Assembly: GCF_964355755.1 (NCBI RefSeq)
Contig: NC_092680.1
Location: 22,081,045 to 22,145,044, forward strand
Reading direction: 5' to 3'
DNA length: 64,000 bases
Source: Antedon mediterranea
Taxonomy: Eukaryota; Animalia; Echinodermata
Each line of letters starts with the position of its first letter. Within the stretch, counting starts at the first letter, position 1. Both the position numbers and the translations under genes were made by a program. The notes under the pieces were generated by a model. That model was not told the DNA's origin. It searched no databases and worked only from the letters and a program-made list of their open reading frames with translations. Shown here in pieces: positions 15,001 through 27,500 of the stretch.

Positions 15001-18000
15001 TAGGCCTAGCTGGTAAACATCGGTAACGTACGAACATCGTACGCTAGCTATATACCTAGCCTGACGTTGTATAGTTGCTGCATTAATTGTCTTTCTATTT
15101 TTGCCAGACTCCGTTGATACAAATTGGGGAAAACCCGATATTTTCGCTGAAAAGTTAGGAGTCTTCCATTTGTTTTGGCCTCACGATCGATCGAAAAGTG
15201 GGCGAATTACAGGTGAAAAACAAAAATATCAATCCGCGCGCAATGCATTTTGGGATTTATAGCGGGCCGCTATAATTATTAAGATCGACTTATTTTTCAC
15301 ATTTTTAACCGTTTAAAGACGAAAAAAGTTATCGCAATAGGACCATATAGTATTATTTTTACATTAAATATAGTTTGTGATCTTAAATTAGATCTAAAAA
15401 ACGTAGGGAATGGGGCTTTAACTTAATAACCAGGATGAATAAGAACTTACGAATTTCAAATGTCCAATACGCTCGGTCTCGAATGGCTGGTGATTCTGGA
15501 CCACATAGTTCTAACCCCTTAGCTACACCAGAATCCATCAAAATGTAATAATTTTGTTTTTCAAGGAGCAATAGGCCTTGGGTTGTAAATTCAATAGATC
15601 CATCTCTACTTGACTGATACAGAACATCCGGACGAGATGAAACATCTATTGAGTGTACAAGACTGTTACCGGTATCAAAAAAACGAATGAATGTTGGTCG
15701 TGTAGGTCGTACAAACTAAACAAAAAAACAATTTTTATATTATTGATTTTAAATGATTTACTTAGTTTTACCAAGTTTGTATATAAATAATCATATAAGT
15801 AGGGCAGATAACCCATTTATGATTATTACACACAAGCGGTGTATAGTGGTTTTGAGTGCTTTCCATAGACTCTACTATTTTTGTCCAGCCTAAATATATA
15901 CCTGTTTATTAAACTGTAGGCGCCATGTATCATGACTTGAGAGGATTCTAGAACCTGCACTTGGTTGAAGTGAGCCGGCAACTACGGTAGGTGGAAGTTC
16001 TGAAACATCAAATAATGTGTTATTGTCGGTGACATAAAAACGTCCAATGAAAACTCAGATATGAGTTTTCTGGATCTAGAAAACACAGATAATTATCTGA
16101 GTTTTCTCAGAACAAACAGAGACCATTCTCCGTCATGTTTAGTAGTGTTGTGTCGTCTAATTTGTCTATTTGTTTGGCCAATAATATATTATTACAGGGT
16201 TTTAAGCTCTTATATACATACCACCAGTTGCAAAAGTTACACAGGATTGAGGAGTTGATTGTCTAAAAAAAGTAAAAACATGCCAACAAATTCAAAATAG
16301 TGTAGGTCTACATTTTTGTTGAACATATTGGTTTCTATTTTAGATATTATTTACTATGAATCATTCGTATGCTATTTTAAAATATCTGAAGTTTTCTGAT
16401 TTTAAAGAACCCTAATCATTTTTTTACGCCAGGTCACTAAATAAGTTGCCCCATCTATATTTATTACAAATGTATGTAAATGGAATAATGTGTGATAGAA
16501 ATTATTTATATCCAGCTTTCTTACCCTTCCGTGTTTTCTGCAGTAAAACAAAGTATATTTTCTTGTCCTAACTGCTGCACGCTTGGTGTCCATGTTATAT
16601 TCACATAAAATAACTGGTTCTCATTTTGTTTTGAGGCTACAAGTGACTTTGTAACGCCCAACGGTGAAACTGTGTCAATGGCTGATATCCTGTAAAATGG
16701 AAAAGAAAGCACATTCAGAATGTACTTTCAATCTAAGATAGACCAATGACACTATTAGTATTTGGTTAATGCTTATTTTAAAGTAGTGATATAGGCCTAT
16801 AGCCGAATATGTGTGTAACCACCTGTGTTTTGTAAGCCAATCAAGGTAAGTGTGCAGGCCTACACGAAATGTTTTTAATTGCTCACAAAATGTATTTTAC
16901 AATTTACATAAAATAATTCTAACCCAACACCATCGCCTCCACTTTTTGCAACAATTTCTTGAATGTAAGTTTCATTTGCTGGAATTCCGATGCATGCTCC
17001 GTCTTTAGGCGTCGGATCAACAAATTCTGGTGCGGAGCTGCAAAGACCTTCGTTACTGAAAACGTTCACTAAGAACTGAAGAGGTACTGTGCTCAATGGT
17101 GTCGTCGACAAAGGTTCTGCAAAGTCTTCAATCATTAAAGCCACAACGTACCAACCTACGGTATACTTGGCCTCATACCGAAAGGTACACGTACTCTGTA
17201 AAATATATACATTAATAATGTTAAAATAAATATAAATAAAAATTACTAACATTATAAAAGTTGTATTATAATTTAACACTGCAATGTGCTATATTATTAT
17301 CTAAACCTCTTATTACCTCTTCAAGAAACGCATTAGGAAATCCATTGCATACATCACCACATTCAAAGCTACCTACAGCCCATCGACATCTCACTCTATC
17401 ACCATCTGGGTCATTCACTAATAACAATGAAAGGTTAATAAAATATAAATAATGTGTTGTTATAATTATCAATAGAAGAGATAATAATATATGTCCTTAC
17501 AGAATACACACATGCAATTTAAGTAATACTGCACGCTCAGAAATTTAGAAGAAGATGGAAGAACAAAATTTAAGAGTAACTCTAAGGAATCCTAGATACC
17601 ATATTTTATTGAGCGTACACGGCTATACTTTCAATTAGTGTAAGCCAACTTTTCGTCTGAAGCAGTATCTATATAATAATAAGATTTACTTTCACAGAAG
17701 AATTTAATTAATTAATTCTTGTAACTTTTTGTGGAACTTTTGTAATTGAATGTATTATAATTACATTATAAAAGGTTCGATTTGAATTTTCTGTTAATAA
17801 TCTGATAATTGGATAGATAATCAGAGTTTCAAAATATAATCAAAATCTTTACCAGGAATAACTAATGTGTGGTTACATCCATGCTGCAGTCGAACAATCG
17901 GAGTAACAGAAGAAAGTGGAGATGAGTTAGGTCTTTCAGTGTCCTGTCTTATAGTCAAGTTAACTGTCATTGGAAGTGACCACCCACCATTACTGCCAAC

Positions 18001-21000
18001 AACTAGGCCACCTATCCAATTACGACCGGAAAACCTGTAGAATTATTATTAAGAGATAATTATGCAGTGTTGCTTCTTTTGCAAAGTTAGATAAACGAGT
18101 TTATCGGAATAGAGGTGCTCACTATATCTGTACATATCGAATCAAGTTAAAAAGTTAAGTTTAAAACAAATATATACTCTACACACATTTAAAAAGGCCT
18201 AATACTATTTCTACACACATTTAGTTGTATAAAAGGCCTACTACTATTTCTACACACATTTAGTTGTATAAAAGGCCTAATACTATTTCTTTATAATATT
18301 GGATTTGTTACTAGTTATCATGGTATACAATATGTTGGTAGTAGCCTACAATTGAAGTGATTTACTAAAAACCAAAATATATAAATAATAAACACATGCT
18401 TTTGCTTGCGGTAGGCCTACAACAATGCTCAAAGAAAACCTTACTCGTATGTATTAAAAAAATCCTTAAATTATTTGTTTTAGGCCTAAACAATTTTATT
18501 ACCTCAATGGAATTTTAATTTAAACACAATTACCTAAAAAAAATGTGAAATATATTATATAGGTCTAGGATTGCGTCATAGTAAAATAAAATAACCGGAT
18601 ATGGGCCTACCTCATAGTAAAAGTGGGACTTCCTGCAGAAAATGTAACAGAGTTAACGCCCGATGTCCAATCTTCACTAACGCTAAAATCAGTGCAATAG
18701 AAAGACAAGGAAACACCACCTGAACAGCCAGAAGTGCAACTTAGGCTACCTTCACCACTTGATAAAAGTTCATTTGCTATCGTGTTTTCATCACAGTGTT
18801 GCCTACCTCTTCGCCAAGATATTCTCCAAGATACGTCAATCTAAGAAAATACAATATTACCAATAATTTTAAATCGCGCAATTACGAAACCGATGGATCT
18901 ACTAGTGCGTTTTCTTAAAGATGTATTGTCCCTTGAAACACAAAAAAATGAAGGTCAAAATATTCTAAATTTAAATTGGCCATATCAAAGTAATATTAAA
19001 GTTATTCACCTTAAGTCGAACATTTGAGCCAAAAACAACAATTGTACGTAATTAACAGCTAAATTAATTTGATTACATTTCGTCTGGATAATCGTCCGAG
19101 CGAAAGTAAACAAAGATTTCCAACCATAAGTATACATTATGCATGATGCTAATAAGGATTGTTTACAACTCGTCACGGATGAGAAGGTGTTTTCACACAG
19201 ATCGCGTGAGGAAGTTTTATGATTATGCATACAGAGTAGCCAAATATAATAATTATATTTAATAATTTATTTCGGAACTTCACTTTTGTAACAGTGGCAC
19301 ACTTCATATTTTGAAGGTGCGCATTACAATTTGTTTTGTTTTTTTGGCCTATTTAATTTTAGTGCGTATGTTTGTCGGGCACGGAGTGGATAATTTGGTA
19401 TACCGGTAAATGATCAGATATGTCTGAGATTAGTATACCAGATAACATTTGTTCAGAAAGTGTATTGAAGAAAATGTTATCAATTAATGAAGATGTGTTG
19501 TTTTGTATTCTAGTGGGTCTTGAAATCGATGGGTAGAAGGAATGCGACATCATTACTTCTAGAAAATTATTTACAAAATCAGTCGATGCAAGCTTAAGTA
19601 AATTAATGTTAAAATCACCCATAATGTGGCATGATTTTCCCTCGATATCAATAGTATTAAGAATATCGTCTAGTGATCTATTAAAAAGTTCTATATTCGA
19701 ATCGGGAGGTCTATTATATTATACCAACAATCGTATTGTTACATTTTTTTTCAATTATTTCAATAAAAATACATTCACAAGATTCAATAAATAGATCTTT
19801 TCTTTCTTTTATGTCAATTGTAGCAGAAACAAACATACCAACTCCCCCTCCTTTACGGTTCTTCCTATCTAATGCGAGGAAGTCATAGCTCGGTAAATAT
19901 GGTTTGCACGATGTATTGTTTAACCATGTTTCCGATTACCAATAACTGTAAAGGGGTGGTTGATTAAGTTTAGGTATGTAGTTAGTTCATCAATGTGTTT
20001 ATTGATACTTCGAATATTATAGTGAAGAAATGAGTAGCCAATATTTTTTAATTTCTTCACAGATTCATTCAAGTCATATGGACTCATATAAGAACATGTC
20101 TCAATAGCATTTAGCTTGTTTCTGAGACTATATTCAATGAATTCGTCATGGTCATTATTACCATTACCAATAGATATTGGATTAAATAGTATATCCATTG
20201 GATTTGATATTTCGTTTTCATCACCGTTATTTTTATTGTTATCCATGCTTTGATTTTGTATGTTTATTGATTGTATTTGTCTATAAAAAACTATTTTAAT
20301 TAATATAATTTATAATACTATGCTTATGTCTACTGCTTAATTTCAGTTACAATAACTTTCTGAATTTGTGTTACCTTACAATTGTTGAAATTTGTGGTAA
20401 CGTGGTCTACCTCTTCCTGTGTTAGCTTTTCTGCGAGATAGACCTAGAACGTTTTCAACTTTGTATCTGACATTACTGGCCAATAGGCTGGTGCCTCCAT
20501 CTGATAGATGGTATCCATCAGGTGCTAGAAGTGTGTCGACCAGCTCGCCGTTTCGTAAGAAGTTGCTATTGTCGCAGAATGTTAGGTTTGGTATTTTGTC
20601 TGTGCGTATCTTGTGCTTTATACATGAGTTTGCTATTTCAACTCTGAAATTTAGTGGGCCTGCTCGTGGTAAGCCAAGTGATATCAAACATTTAGTGTCT
20701 GGATGTTTTGTGGCATACTCACTGACTGTGTTGTATAGCGTTTCTGCGCACTTTTCTGGAGCTGATTCCTTTACAGAGTTAGTTATTTCGTGGATTACTA
20801 TACAGTCAAGTGTTTCGTGGATTTCGTCGAGTGCATTTCCAATTTGGTCATTAGTGTATGCGTGTGTAATGCTTACATCTGCTTTTGGTAAAATACGACT
20901 TGCTTCGACTTTTTTTAAGTGCGAATTTCCTAATAGTAATACAGATGGTTTCTTGCTTTCGTAGGCTCGATGTGTGTCATTATTTTTCATTAGACTTTCT

Positions 21001-23088
21001 GCATACGACAATTTCTGACTGTCTTTTTTTTGAGTTAAAAGTTTGGAAGTCTGATGCGTCGATGGCTACCTGGGTTCGTTTTGCTTCGTACGCGTACTCC
21101 CTTGCTTTTTTCTGTTTCGTGTATTGCTGTCTGTAGTTTGTCCTGGAGATTTGTTATTTGTTTATCTTTCTGCAGGATCATATCGTTGTTTCGCTTGACA
21201 TCTATGAAAGCATTAGCTGTTAGTTTGTTTTCTCTTTCTGTTTTATTGATTTTTTCTTTCATTTTTTCCATTTCTACCCTTATTTCTTGTAGGCCGGTGG
21301 CGTTGGGTTGTCTGTTGTTTTCTGTGTACTTTAGCTCCTGTCTTAGGAGTTTTATTTCAGCCTTTAGTTTGGTGTTTTCAATGAGGATGTTGTTACTTTC
21401 TTTTAGTTCATGTCGCAGACATTCTATTTCTTTTTTCATTGACTCACTGTTTATGAGAAGTTGTTTTTTTTTCAAGTGTTTTAAAACTACTTATATAAAA
21501 AATTCTGTTGCCTTATCTTAAATACATTTACATATTACAAATAAGGGATAATAACTCTTAACTTTCGTGAAAAAATAAAGCGTTTTGGATAAGTAGTTTT
21601 TCAGCAACTGTAATTTTAGTTGTAACGTTACGTTCTGACTGCTCAGGAAAGGTTGGACGACTTCGAACATTTTCGCCTATCCTTTAACACTAGCCGGTCA
21701 CTGACAAACCAAAACACTGCTTCAAAAAAGGGGCTGTGCCGGCAAAGTATCTGAACCAATCACATTTTACTTTAGGTCATTAGAAAGCTTGATTGATTAG
21801 CTTTTGAATGGTGTAACAGCCAATATCATTGGATAACTAGGTCAAACGTTATAAACGTTTTTGTAAAGATCTCAACAAATTGGCAAAACAAGCCTATTCT
21901 TTTAACACAGGGCAATTTTCAAATCGTCTAACTTTAAAAATCAATGCTGACGACGTTTTAAGTTTTTTTAAATTAAAAATAACATGACATCGTAGGTACT
22001 TAATTAGGCATTACAATGTCGAAACAGCCATAACAATCGGTCAATTAATAACAAAGTTATATTGAAAAAACCTTAAAAAAATAGCTGTTTTCGGTGATTT
22101 CGAGCCGTTTAGCGGAAATCGCCCGGATTTTTGGGTACATAAAACAAATTGTAATGTCCAACAAAAAGAAAATATAAGAAGAAGGCACAAAATAGACAAA
22201 AACTTAGGTAATCTTACTTAAACTGCATACGGTAACATGTAATAAAAAACCCATTCATTCCCCTCCCTCCCCTTCTCCAAAAATAACAAGTACAACATAT
22301 TATTTAAATACAGTACATGATTACTCTTAATCTACGAAACCAATCACTAATCAACAACAACAAACCAACCCACTCTCAAAATCAACAATAGGCCTACACA
22401 GGTTTTTTTTATCTGAAAGATCAGGTTAATAATTTAACCGCACAATGAGCATTATTAATGAACAACCATATTTTTGCTAAAGCAAGCAATCATCCTTGCC
22501 TTGGGTCTATACTAATAGATCGGGCCATTATGGTTGGGGCTGAGCAGTGAATACTGAAATATGTCACTCTTGATGCCCGGAAATTGCACTCTCGTATAAC
22601 GTTTTGTGGGAGTGTGTTTTTTTTCTTCTTAGAATGACGTGTTGATGGAGGACGGGGTAACCCTTATCGGTGAAAACACTTCGCCTGGGCGGATGCGTGA
22701 TTTCGTAAATGTGATAGACCTTAAACCACCTTATCCCCAATCAAGGTTTCGAACAAAAAACAGATAAACTAAAGTTCAGATCATCAGTCTGTTAAAAAAG
22801 GAAGGGATTGTAGTATATAAAACTAAGCTGAATAGAGTAAAATCTAGCCTAACGCAATAAATTAAATTCTTGTAATATAGTACCCTAACAACTTTTCAAG
22901 TTTCAGAAGAACGCGCCTGTTGAGAACTAGGCCTACAATTTAAAATTTAAAACGTCTGATATTACCTGATTTGGCACCGATGACGGCTTCCATGTAAATA
23001 GGGCTCCTCGAAAGTGAGTTGAATTTACAAATACAACTAAAAACAACTCAAAAAATATCAGCAGAACCAAGTATATGAAAGACTTCAT
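1..23088 (-). CDS. Giant secreted CARDB/YD-RHS repeat protein with RHS core, EGF and bacterial-type Ig domains (multi-exon, 3' end outside window)
   Basis: GT-AG exons join in frame: 23088-22966 (MKSFIYLVLLIFFELFLVVFVNSTHFRGALFTWKP, signal peptide), 18840-18611, 18034-17853, 17417-17317, 17195-16924, 16689-16525, 16262-16222, 15999-15902, 15715-15451, 14437-14177, 14089-13826, 13582-12383, ~12239-11938, 11669-11511, 11269-7392, 7238-7105, 6827-6584, 6304-5923, 5836-4637, 4276-4158, 4002-3386, 3074-2857, 2636-2406, 2244-2133, 1978-1788, 1338-1206, 870-691, 529-428, 311-<1. Total about 11.7 kb of coding sequence. Domain calls come from recognised motifs, not an HMM search. Confidence 0.88.
428..529 (-). 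other. EGF-like domain exon (phase 1-1)
   Basis: Translates as SCTAVNNCSGFGTCTGQNLCSCYANRYGSACNS, a six-cysteine tenascin-type EGF pattern. Confidence 0.85.
1788..2870 (-). other. DPND-xxGP domain (DUF7619-like) following the RHS C-terminal region
   Basis: Spliced SIDP|NDMIGPAGYG..LDYKIRFEN..ATAPAQRV..LDDNIDIRTLRIGDFGFG..GFLPPNPENGTDGQGFVTF..ASIIFDNNDPIETP, a motif series I recognise from large bacterial surface and RHS proteins. Confidence 0.75.
3708..6827 (-). other. YD/RHS repeats and RHS repeat-associated core
   Basis: Many YxYDxxGxL-type repeats (YQYDHRGFV, YIYDDLDRLV, YGYDSASQI, KYDDAGNR, SYDLNGNL). Core reads YYHFDRLGSTRAMTDADG..YQYDPFG..FTFIGQWG..LYNMRARVYDHRHGRFLSPDPLG..YAYLNNDPLSGIDPKG. 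Confidence 0.93.
7392..12810 (-). other. CARDB-like Ig repeat array (about 7-8 repeats) of the RHS protein
   Basis: Recurrent motifs PDL/PDI...V.W.V.N.G...W.D.VYLS...G.Y.I.V..D..N.V.E..E.NN in ORFs 12309-13406, 11926-12273 and 7388-11059. Confidence 0.8.
18915..21561. mobile_element. Possible Kolobok-like non-autonomous element enclosing the LINE fragment
   Basis: Left end TTAA-AGATGTATTGTCCCT, right end AGGGATAATAACTC-TTAA: an imperfect inverted pair with TTAA flanks. Confidence 0.35.
19359..21520 (-). mobile_element. Degenerate CR1/L2-type LINE fragment: ORF1 (coiled coil + SGNH esterase-like) and ORF2 APE endonuclease, RT missing
   Basis: 21475-21035 is a coiled coil. 21011-20376 has LLLGNSH..HEITN..DGYHL (SGNH). 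20246-19359 has SFLHYNIRSI, YRPPDS in a shifted frame, MGDFNINLL, PTRI..SSLIDNIF and ISDHLP. Frameshifts are present. Lies in intron 1 of the RHS gene. Confidence 0.85.
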
Positions 23089-24509
23089 TGTATAAGGTAT
23101 GGATGTCTTTGAAGTTCAAATTCGAAAGTCAGAATAATCGAAATATACTATTGACACAATATTAAGCATATTTACAGACAATGAGTATGTGGGGTATTCC
23201 CCATTTTAGTACCTACTTCAAGGGCACTCTGTGTTTCATTTATTGTTAAATGTATTCGGTTCATAGGTCTTGTATTCTACTATTATTTTTAAGCAAACAG
23301 TGTATCTTTTTATAGAGAGTAAGTATTTACACAAATCTTAGAAATCTTTTTATTTCGGTAACACGTTTGCATTTAAACACTATATATTACGTTTCGTATA
23401 TGATCCACACCTTATCCTGGTATCATGACACAATCGTGAAACTACATAAGTACCTCAATTCAATTATCAAAATTAATAATAGATACGTAGAAAGAACAAT
23501 GTGAAAGAGCACAGGCCATCTGTCAAATTAAGAGAAGCCTAAACAGAAAAAAGAAGATTTTCTGAAATTTCATTTCTCTCTCAGCTCTAATACCCCTTTC
23601 ACACCAGAACTGTTGCTTTTGGTGTGAAAAGGTATACATTATGGTAACTTAAAGACATACCAAGATACAGACCGCTAAAAACGGACCCACAAGTGGTCTT
23701 AATTGGAAGGAGACCTGTATTATGTAATTACAATTACAAACAAAAAATATATGGATATCCGCTCCTGAAAGGAATAGGCCTAGAACTTAAAAGAAAATAA
23801 AGGGAAAGAGAACAATTAAAGATACGTCAACAAACCATGAGATGCAGAGATATGTCCTACAATATTGCATGGCAATAATAATATTGATTTTAAGTACTTT
23901 TGAAATAACAAGACATTATTATCTTTGTTTTATAAGAAAGATGCCACGTGATTTGTGGCCATATTATTATGTTTCCCCTTTAATAGGACAAAACAAGCAT
24001 GAATTTAGACGAGCTGCTGAACTTTAATTCCAGATTACTTTTCGCGGACGCGCGAGACTACTGTGGGAGAGAGGGCGCGCGTCCGACAGTAGTGGATGAT
24101 TATATTGAATGCAATAATGTAATAAATAATAATAATACAAGTTTTACATAGGATATCCGAAAATAAAGTGCGTTCTATTTACCTTCAGATCCAAGTTACT
24201 GTTGTTAGACTAGCCCTAATCCCCTACTATTAGTCTATCCTACTAAGGGTAGGCTAGGCTAGCTAGGCTAGGCCCTAGCCTAGGCCTAAGTATGCAGAGA
24301 GGCTACTAAAATTCTAGTCGCCTAGCTTGCTCGATAGAGGCGCAATATTGCCAGGCCGAGAGCCCTAGGCTAGGCCTAGGTGCAATATAGAATGTTGCTA
24401 TAGATATATTCCATTCAAATTATAATATAATAGGGATCGATCCGATAATAAATAATAGCATTATTGATAATATTATTATATTAGATAATAAGAAATTGTT
24501 TTTTAAGAT
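23089..24509. promoter_or_regulatory. Head-to-head intergenic region between the RHS gene and MED23 (candidate shared promoter)
   Basis: Divergent start codons 1.4 kb apart. A local CpG-rich patch carries a 10-bp inverted repeat CGGACGCGCG / CGCGCGTCCG (24045-54 / 24076-85). Confidence 0.45.
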
Positions 24510-27500
24510 ATGATGGAGGACACTCTTCAATCAATTCTCAATGACATCTTGGTAAGTCTTTGTTGGTTGGTTTTATTTAGTGCTGTCCATTTGTACGCAT
24601 TTCATTAAATCAATCAATCTATTAGCCTAAACATATTACTTCAACATTCAAGAATGTTACTTTTATAAAACTAAATTTGAATAATTTGTTATATTTTGCA
24701 GATAACCACATCAGTAGAAGAAGCATTCAGTGGGTCAGTAGAAAAACAAGATACAAAGTTGTACAATGCTACCTTTTTACAAATACAAAAACCTGCTATT
24801 TCTCTTTTAGAACTCCATTTATTAATACCATTCTATTCCTGTTTTACAATAATAAGTGTTGAGTTAACCCTTGAATTGTTAAAAAAAACCAAAATGAATT
24901 ATTGTATATAGTAATCAGGCCCGTAGCCAGGGGGGGTTTTTATGGTTCGGGCGAACCCCCCTTTACAGCGACCCCCCCCCCCTTTAACCGACTGCGAACC
25001 CCTATCCCCGACATCCACAATACCTCACCACACCCTCATCTCTGAAAATCCTCCAAATACGTGCCCCACAATACAAAAGGTTGTTTGTAAATTGAAAAAT
25101 TTGTAAACTCGTTCGTGAATAAATCATACCTTATTGTTAAACAAATGAATTGGTTGCCGATTTTCACCTGAAAAATAATACAAATTTTTGGTCCCAGGAT
25201 GTAACATGATATTGACGCGAGCTTGGCCACGAACGAATCGTACAAAGAACACCGCTAGACAACCGCGTACCGCCTTCCGACGTACATCAAAAAATGGAAC
25301 GCTGCGGTTACCTACAATATTTATGTGTGGCTATGAAGTATAGTGTATCATCATCATAGAGGATTATAGTGAATTTAATATATTACACTATAATATCTAT
25401 GGTATCATGTACTGTAGTTTACATTAGGCCTATGGCATTCGATTATTTTTGTCTAGACCACCAGCCGATACGTAGGCATACTCAACTGTATCAATACCAC
25501 CTATTTACATTGATATATTTAGTTTCCTCAACAAATTGCTGTAAATAAATATAGATAGAGCTATCAGGGGCGGTCGCAGGACTATTTTAAGAAGAGGGTT
25601 GCCCAAAGACTCCAGGGCTGTAGACACTGAGTATTTGAGCAAGCAAATTGTTAAATGACACCCCTAGATGGCCGCAAATAGTACTCTCGCACGTAAATTT
25701 ATGATAATTTTTTTTTCGTTCAATGCAAACGTCGCGGGGAAGTCTCCGATTAAGGTACTTTTGGTACGGTAATACATTCTAATAACTGTACTCAATTAAT
25801 GTAAATTAATTATCAATTAATAATTTTAAAAAGTTGTACAAAAAATATGAAGCAGTTGCTATAAATATATTGAGCAAAAGGTTAAATTGTATAATTTGGA
25901 ATTTTAATTCAATTAAAAATGCTAAATAAAGTCAGATGTTAAAACCACATTTTCCAAAAATTCATTTTCATTTATCCACTATAAACTTTACAAAAGTGTT
26001 GTTTTAAACCACACTCCAAATAAAACAAAGAAAATAATGATAGGAAATTTGCAGAAAGAAGCAAACTTTGCTCTGTTACCGGTATAACACGGTTCAAATT
26101 TTGGAACGTCTATAAATTACTACGGAAATTCGGCCTATATACGACGAACGTACGGAAATGAAGATAAATAGGGTACTACACGCATCGGAAATACAACACT
26201 ATACGCACAATTATGATTTGGCCTAAAAATTGGCCTTAGATTATGGAAAACCCCCGGCAAAACGCAATAATTATGGACAAATCGATTATTAGCCTTGGCA
26301 ATATGCCTAATATTTAAAAGGAATGAATATAGGCTATATTTCGTTTGTCGATGAATTTTTTAAATCATGTGTGAATGATTGATCCATTAGAGGTAATCTG
26401 TTATGGTTCTAGTAACACTGCTATGCATGTGTAATTTGTGAATAACGTAGTAGTATTCTACATACACGAGCCTAGATAGGGAGGATCTGTACTGTCCATT
26501 GCGAGAGGAGGGGGAAGTCCGGTAATGTGTCATGAAAAATGTAACAAGCCAGAGATGAAATAAAATTACTAACATTTAGCTGATTGTCGTTGTTTTATTC
26601 GTCGTCAGAAGTTTATCGACCGATATCTATTTCTCATGTGTAGTAGAGCGTTTCTTTGATTGAATAATTTCAAGTTCATTTTGGATTTTCAGTAAATTAC
26701 CAATTGTTTATTCAAAGTCAAACTGTAACTAATCCCTCACTATTCAATCAAAATGTTATTATACTACTATATTGTTGAAAAATGGATTGCGTGACTTGAA
26801 AATAGATTGATAGTAAAATGTAATAAAGACACGTTCTTGTCTGGTTATTAGGTATGCATGCTCTGATAAAGCAGAGGATTATTTTTGTAGCGTTCCATTT
26901 AAAATAGATTTTATTACAAAGAAATATTTTGGTTGTGAAGGTCGTTTTAACAATTAGGCTAATATCAAAACATTCAACAATGATAAAATGCCCTGCAACT
27001 CTGTAACTACTTTATGACTAAGCCTATCAAGTTCCGTGTCCGGATGGTATACGATGAAATGGAACTCAATTTCAATTTAGTGGCAGAAACAACATTTAGT
27101 ATGAAATTAAGGCTGTTGCCCGGGCCACAAGGGAAACACAGTGACAGTGGGACAGTGACCCAAATACTTAGTGTCCGAACCCCCCTTGACAGATCCTGGC
27201 TACGGCCCTGGTAATAATAGTAATTAAAAACTAAGTTTGATTCAGAAAAGTATTTGGTTTCCAAAGCCTCAGCATACATAGTAGCATCTTTCCCCCAAGA
27301 AAATGTCTGTCCATTCATGAAAGAAATATATATTTTAAACATACTAGTATAGTATCTCTAACTTTAACTAACAGCCAGATAAATACAATTTATCTATTGA
27401 AATATTGTCTTCAATCTTCTCAAACTGTACATTCCTTGATTTATTTACATTGAATGCTATTTATAGATTTATCCTGTACTCACCAGAAGAAGAACACAAC

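Noticed and set aside
14600-15285. Probable repeat ending in the palindrome TATAGCGGGCCGCTATA
   Set aside because: No matching other end or target duplication could be defined.
20419-21521. Plus-strand ORFs of 155-181 aa
   Set aside because: Antisense shadows of LINE ORF1.
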